Source: Pseudomonadota bacterium (GTDB lineage: Bacteria; Pseudomonadota; Gammaproteobacteria; Xanthomonadales; Xanthomonadaceae). From it: a DNA stretch of 64,000 nucleotides. Of this stretch, positions 59,032 to 64,000 are shown one piece after another. Below the pieces are notes generated by a model. The model was not told where the DNA came from. It saw nothing but the letters and a program-made list of their open reading frames with translations, and made no database searches. The position numbers and the translations under genes are program-made. The stretch is from assembly GCA_023388715.1 (NCBI GenBank), contig JAEWFT010000021.1, positions 62,328 through 126,327 on the forward strand, in the 5' to 3' direction. How positions within the stretch are numbered: the stretch's first letter is position 1; every line of letters starts with the position of its first letter.

Positions 59032-61623
59032 ATGCTCGAGACCTACCGCCAGCACGCCGCCGAACGGGCCGCGCTGGGCATCCCCCCGCTGCCGCTGACC
59101 GCGCAGCAGACCGCGGACCTGATCGAACTGATCAAGGCGCCACCGGCAGGCGAAGCCGAGGAACTGGTCCACCTGCTCAGCCACCGCGTCCCCGCCGGCG
59201 TGGACGAGGCCGCCAAGGTCAAGGCCAGCTACCTGGCGGCGCTCGCGTTCGGCAGCGAGGGCACCCCGCACATCACCCCGAAGCGCGCCACCGAACTGCT
59301 CGGCACCATGCTGGGCGGCTACAACATCGCGCCGCTGGTCGAACTGCTCGACCACGCCGAGCTGGGCACCGTGGCCGCGGATGCGCTCAAGCACACCCTG
59401 CTGGTGTTCGATGCCTTCCACGACGTGGAGCAGAAGGCCAAGGCCGGCAACGCCAATGCCAAGGCGGTGCTGCAAAGCTGGGCCGATGCCGAGTGGTTCA
59501 CCAGCAAGCCGGAAGTGCCGCCGTCGCTGACCGTCACCGTGTTCAAGGTGCCCGGTGAGACCAATACCGACGACTTGTCGCCGGCGCCGGATGCGACCAC
59601 CCGCCCCGACATTCCGATGCACGCGCTGGCGATGCTGAAGAACAGGCGCCCCGACGCGCCGTTCGTGCCCGAGGAGGACGGCAAGCGCGGCCCGATCGCC
59701 GAGATCCAGGCGCTCAAGCAGAAGGGCCACTTGGTCGCCTACGTGGGCGACGTGGTCGGCACCGGCTCCAGCCGCAAGTCGGCGACCAACAGCGTGCTGT
59801 GGTGGACCGGTGACGACATTCCCTACATCCCCAACAAGCGCGCCGGCGGCGTGTGCCTGGGCGGCAAGATCGCGCCGATCTTCTACAACACGATGGAGGA
59901 CGCGGGCGCGCTGCCGATCGAGCTGGACGTGGCGCAGATGGAGCATGGCGACGTCATCGAGCTGCGCCCCTACGACGGCAAGGCGCTGAAGGACGGCAGC
60001 GTGATCGCCGATTTCGAGGTCAAGTCCGACGTCCTGTTCGACGAGGTGCGCGCCGGCGGCCGCATCCCGCTGATCATCGGCCGCGGCCTGACCGCCAAGG
60101 CGCGCGAGGCGCTGGGCCTGCCGGCCTCCACCCTGTTCCGCCAGCCGCAGCAGCCGGCCGACAGCGGCAAGGGCTATACCCTGGCGCAGAAGATGGTCGG
60201 ACGCGCGTGTGGCCTGCCGGAGGGGCAGGGCATCCGCCCGGGCACCTACTGCGAGCCGAAGATGACCTCGGTGGGGTCGCAGGACACCACCGGCCCGATG
60301 ACGCGCGACGAGCTCAAGGACCTGGCCTGCCTGGGCTTCTCGGCGGACCTGGTGATGCAGTCGTTCTGCCATACCGCGGCCTATCCCAAGCCGGTCGACG
60401 TCAGGACCCACCACACCCTGCCGGATTTCATCAGCACCCGCGGCGGCATCTCGCTGCGGCCGGGTGACGGGGTGATCCACAGCTGGCTCAACCGCATGCT
60501 GCTTCCCGACACCGTCGGCACCGGCGGCGATTCGCACACGCGCTTCCCGGTGGGCATCTCGTTCCCGGCAGGCTCCGGCCTGGTGGCGTTTGCCGCGGCG
60601 ACCGGGGTGATGCCGCTGGACATGCCGGAATCGGTGCTGGTGCGCTTCAAGGGCACGATGCAGCCGGGCGTGACCCTGCGCGACCTGGTCCATGCCATCC
60701 CCTTGTACGCGATCAAGCAGGGGCTGCTGACGGTCGAGAAGAAGGGAAAGAAGAACATCTTCTCCGGCCGCATCCTCGAGATCGAGGGCCTGTCCACGCT
60801 GAAGGTGGAGCAGGCGTTCGAACTGGCCGATGCCTCCGCCGAGCGTTCCGCCGCCGGCTGCACGGTCAAGCTCGACAAGGAGCCGGTGATCGAATACCTC
60901 ACCTCCAACATCACCCTGCTGAAGTGGATGATCGCCGAGGGCTACCAGGACGCGCGTTCGCTCGCCCGCCGCATCGAGAAGATGGAGGCATGGCTGGCCG
61001 ATCCGCAGCTGCTGCAGGCCGACGCCGACGCCGAGTACGCGGCGGTGATCGAGATCGATCTCGACCAGGTGGTGGAGCCGATCGTCTGCTGCCCGAACGA
61101 CCCCGACGACGCCCGGACCCTGTCGGAGGTGGCGGGCGCGCAGATCGACGAAGTGTTCATCGGCTCGTGCATGACCAACATCGGCCACTTCCGCGCCGCC
61201 GCGAAGCTGCTGGAAGGCAAGCGCGACATCCCCACGCGGCTGTGGGTGGCGCCGCCCACCAAGATGGACGCCAGCGAGCTGACCAAGGAAGGCCATTACG
61301 GCACCTTCGGCGCAGCCGGCGCGCGGATGGAGATGCCGGGGTGCTCGTTGTGCATGGGCAACCAGGCGCAGATCCGCGAGGGCGCCACCGCGATGTCCAC
61401 CAGCACCCGCAACTTCCCGAACCGACTGGGCCGAAACACCAACGTGTACCTGGGTTCGGCGGAACTGGCGGCGATCTGCTCGCGCCTGGGCCGCATCCCG
61501 AGCCGCGAGGAGTACATGGCGGACATCGGCGTGATCAACGAGAAGGGCGCCGAGATCTACCGCTACATGAACTTCGACCAGATCCAGGAATACCAGGACG
61601 TGGCCGATACCGTGGCGGCCTGA
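59032..61623 (+). CDS. acnB: Aconitate hydratase B
   Basis: [52 protein letters not shown]. Confidence 0.98.
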   Translation: MLETYRQHAAERAALGIPPLPLTAQQTADLIELIKAPPAGEAEELVHLLSHRVPAGVDEAAKVKASYLAALAFGSEGTPHITPKRATELLGTMLGGYNIAPLVELLDHAELGTVAADALKHTLLVFDAFHDVEQKAKAGNANAKAVLQSWADAEWFTSKPEVPPSLTVTVFKVPGETNTDDLSPAPDATTRPDIPMHALAMLKNRRPDAPFVPEEDGKRGPIAEIQALKQKGHLVAYVGDVVGTGSSRKSATNSVLWWTGDDIPYIPNKRAGGVCLGGKIAPIFYNTMEDAGALPIELDVAQMEHGDVIELRPYDGKALKDGSVIADFEVKSDVLFDEVRAGGRIPLIIGRGLTAKAREALGLPASTLFRQPQQPADSGKGYTLAQKMVGRACGLPEGQGIRPGTYCEPKMTSVGSQDTTGPMTRDELKDLACLGFSADLVMQSFCHTAAYPKPVDVRTHHTLPDFISTRGGISLRPGDGVIHSWLNRMLLPDTVGTGGDSHTRFPVGISFPAGSGLVAFAAATGVMPLDMPESVLVRFKGTMQPGVTLRDLVHAIPLYAIKQGLLTVEKKGKKNIFSGRILEIEGLSTLKVEQAFELADASAERSAAGCTVKLDKEPVIEYLTSNITLLKWMIAEGYQDARSLARRIEKMEAWLADPQLLQADADAEYAAVIEIDLDQVVEPIVCCPNDPDDARTLSEVAGAQIDEVFIGSCMTNIGHFRAAAKLLEGKRDIPTRLWVAPPTKMDASELTKEGHYGTFGAAGARMEMPGCSLCMGNQAQIREGATAMSTSTRNFPNRLGRNTNVYLGSAELAAICSRLGRIPSREEYMADIGVINEKGAEIYRYMNFDQIQEYQDVADTVAA

Positions 61624-61646
61624 TCCCACGCGGCACGCGAAGAACA

Positions 61647-61676
61647 GGACGCCCGGCATTGCCGGGCGTTCTTTTT
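61647..61676 (+). terminator. Intrinsic terminator after acnB
   Basis: GGACGCCCGGCA-T-TGCCGGGCGTTC followed by TTTTT. Confidence 0.85.
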
Positions 61677-61982
61677 CCTGAAACGGAAGGTTGGCGTGCT
61701 CGCCCGGGGCAGCTGGCGCCCTGCCGTGAAGGTCCCCCGGCATTGGCGACGCCGATGCCTCCTCATTGATTTCACCGCAGGGCGCCATCCGCCCCGGTCC
61801 CTGTAGCTACTTGCCTGATGAAGCTTCAGGCACCAAGGGCATCGGTAGTCCCCGGCCTGTCAGCGAAATCAAGGAGGAGCCGATGGCGCCTTCTGCCATC
61901 GGCGGGGGACATTCGCGGACAGGCCGGGGGCTGCCGCTGCCCACCTTGCGCTCCGCACTAGATCTGCTTGACTCGGCTTGGC

Positions 61983-62594
61983 TTACGTCAGGCGCGCGTC
62001 CACCGCCGCCGCAAGGTCCCGCCGGCGCAGCACGAAGTCCCACATGCTGCCCCCCATCTGCCGCCACAACACCGCCGAGCGCAGGGCCGACAGCAGCAGC
62101 GCACGGATCTCGGCGACCACGCCGGCCTGCCCAAGATAGTGCGGATTGCCTTGGACCATCACCCGCGGCTTCAGCGTGCTCACGGTATCGGCGTACAGGC
62201 TGCCGAGGCCGGCCACCACGTCGGGATGCGCCGCCCCCAGTCGTTCCGCGGGGGCGGAGAGCGCCTGAACGCCCGTCTGCACCTTGCGGATGACCTCGGC
62301 CTCGCGCACGAAGCGACGTTCTAGTTGCAGCACCGCCAGCGCCAGCTTGCCCAGCGCCTCGTCCTTGTTGCCATTGGCCAGGTAGTCGCGCAGCGCGCGC
62401 AACCCCTGCCGCAGGTTGCCGGCACCGCCGAACACCGCTTCGGTGTCGGCCGCGTCGATGCGGAACACGCTGTCGAGCACCGCGGCCACCTGCGCGCCCT
62501 CGGCCTGGCCGGTTTCGGCGATGCGGCGCACCTGCGCCAGGGCCTGCAGGAGGCCGGCGAGGGCAAGGGCGCGGTCGTCGAAGGCATTGCTCAT
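61983..62594 (-). CDS. hflD: High frequency lysogenization protein HflD
   Basis: [38 protein letters not shown]; downstream of mnmA. Confidence 0.93.
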   Translation of the reverse strand: MSNAFDDRALALAGLLQALAQVRRIAETGQAEGAQVAAVLDSVFRIDAADTEAVFGGAGNLRQGLRALRDYLANGNKDEALGKLALAVLQLERRFVREAEVIRKVQTGVQALSAPAERLGAAHPDVVAGLGSLYADTVSTLKPRVMVQGNPHYLGQAGVVAEIRALLLSALRSAVLWRQMGGSMWDFVLRRRDLAAAVDARLT

Positions 62595-63727
62595 CAGTGG
62601 GTCTCGTGCAGGGAGTCGCCGGGGAACGGCGCGTCGGTGGAAGCGATCACGGCGCCGCCAAGGCACACATCGCCCTCATACAGCACCACGGATTGCCCGG
62701 GCGTGACCGCACGCTGCGGCTGGTCGAAGCGAACGGCAAGCGCGCCGTCGTCCTCAACCTTCACTTCGCAGGACTCGTCGGGCTGGCGGTAGCGCGTCTG
62801 CGCCGTGCAACGGAAGCGCGTGGCGGGCGGCGTCCCGGCCACCCAGTGCGCAGGCTCGCTGCACAGGGAGGTCGACATCAGCCACGGGCTGTCATGGCCC
62901 TGGTCGACATACAGGATGTTGCGCGCGACGTCCTTGGCCACCACGAACCAGGGTGCCTGCACACGGCCGCGAACGCCGCCGATCTGCAGGCCCTCGCGCT
63001 GGCCGAGGGTGAAATAGAACACACCCGGGTGGGTGCCGACGCGGGTGCCGTCGGGCGCGCGCATCTCGCCTTCGCGGGCGGGAAGGTAGCGGCCCAGGAA
63101 CGCGCGGAAATCGCGCTCGCCGATGAAGCAGATGCCGGTCGAATCCTTCTTGGCCGCGGTCGGCAGCCCGTGCCCGGCGGCGATGCGACGCACCTCTTCC
63201 TTGTTCAGGTCGCCAAGCGGAAAGCGGGTCGCGGCAAGCTGCGCCTGGCCCAGCTGGTGCAGGAAATAACTCTGGTCCTTGCTCCGGTCACGGGCGCGCA
63301 ATAACCGATGCCGGCCGTCGATGCAGTCGGTGCGCGCGTAATGCCCGGTGGCGATCGCCACCGCGCCCAGCTCGCGCGCCGCGCCGAGGAAATGCTTGAA
63401 CTTCACCTCGCGGTTGCACAGCACGTCCGGGTTGGGCGTGCGGCCGGCGGCGTACTCGTCGAGGAAATGACGGAAGACCTCGTCCCAGTACGCGCGGGAG
63501 AAGTCGCGGAAGTGGATCGGGATGCCCAGCGTGCCGCAGACCGCCACGGCGTCGCGGCGGTCCTCCTCGGCGCGGCACTCGCCGCTGCCGTCATCCGCCC
63601 AGTTCTGCATGAACAGGCCGGCGACGTCGCAGCCGGCGTCGCGCAGCAGCAGGGCGGCCACCGAGGAATCCACGCCCCCCGAGACACCCACCACCACCCG
63701 TTCGCCCACGCCCACGCTGCCGGTCAT
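62594..63727 (-). CDS. mnmA: tRNA 2-thiouridylase MnmA
   Basis: [43 protein letters not shown]. Confidence 0.97.
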   Translation of the reverse strand: MTGSVGVGERVVVGVSGGVDSSVAALLLRDAGCDVAGLFMQNWADDGSGECRAEEDRRDAVAVCGTLGIPIHFRDFSRAYWDEVFRHFLDEYAAGRTPNPDVLCNREVKFKHFLGAARELGAVAIATGHYARTDCIDGRHRLLRARDRSKDQSYFLHQLGQAQLAATRFPLGDLNKEEVRRIAAGHGLPTAAKKDSTGICFIGERDFRAFLGRYLPAREGEMRAPDGTRVGTHPGVFYFTLGQREGLQIGGVRGRVQAPWFVVAKDVARNILYVDQGHDSPWLMSTSLCSEPAHWVAGTPPATRFRCTAQTRYRQPDESCEVKVEDDGALAVRFDQPQRAVTPGQSVVLYEGDVCLGGAVIASTDAPFPGDSLHETH

Positions 63728-64000
63728 GCCAACTGCTGCACCAGCGAGAGTGGATGCCGGCAGCCGGAAAGGTAATCGGCGGCGCAGCGCCAGACCAAGG
63801 GGCTGCGATGGCGCGGGGCCATCGCCAGCAATTCTTCCGGGGCCAGCCAAAGCGCGCGCTCGATGCCCTCGTCCAGCCGCGCATCGGGCACCTCGTCCAC
63901 CGGCTCGGCGGCGAAGGCGAAGCGCAGGTAATGACGCCCGGTCGCCTCCGCCTTCCACTGGTAGGCGCCGACCATGTGGGTAACGCGCACGTTCCAGCCG
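63724..64000 (-). CDS. NUDIX hydrolase (NudJ-like), 5' end outside the window
   Basis: YQW..YLRFAF..LDEGI..ALW..RSPLV..DYL.G; conserved position upstream of mnmA. Confidence 0.8.
   Translation of the reverse strand, partial: GWNVRVTHMVGAYQWKAEATGRHYLRFAFAAEPVDEVPDARLDEGIERALWLAPEELLAMAPRHRSPLVWRCAADYLSGCRHPLSLVQQLA

Noticed and set aside
61766..61872. Hammerhead ribozyme (CTGATGA..GAAA present)
   Set aside because: There is an extra A after CTGATGA and stem I cannot form next to the would-be cleavage site; kept only as a generic structured-RNA candidate.

Overview
GC-rich gammaproteobacterial chromosome segment with Xanthomonadales (Lysobacteraceae)-type gene order. Bases 1-37.2 kb are housekeeping: asnS, iscA-family, rpsF-rpsR-rplI, dnaB, alr, WS/DGAT, OmpA lipoprotein, tmRNA, a CHASE sensor kinase, smpB-ratAB-bamE-fur-recN-hrcA-grpE-dnaK-dnaJ, dapB, carA-(S9 peptidase)-carB, greA, rpfE-like, recJ, prfB, lysS and an rpfB/fadD-type ligase. 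Bases 55.5-64 kb are also housekeeping: acnA, an AbrB/PIN pair, acnB, hflD, mnmA and a NUDIX gene. Between rpfB and acnA lies an accessory region of about 18 kb. Its most striking element is a module at 39.1-42.0 kb. It consists of a promoter with an NrdR-box-like palindrome, an uncharacterised 167-aa helical protein, a terminator, a non-coding array of 15 alternating palindromic 21/22-bp units (period about 43 bp) plus a diverged lead unit, and an MmeI-like type IIG/IIL restriction-modification gene truncated just after its NPPF motif. Downstream is a co-oriented run of small genes separated by eroded integron attC sites, with no integrase in the window (a decayed CALIN), plus several gene scraps. 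Further on is a phosphatase-NnrD-(2H phosphoesterase/DUF3293 fusion) operon. rplI (frameshift) and dnaK (in-frame TAG) are interrupted, most likely by consensus errors. All family assignments come from motif recognition by eye; no database search was run.
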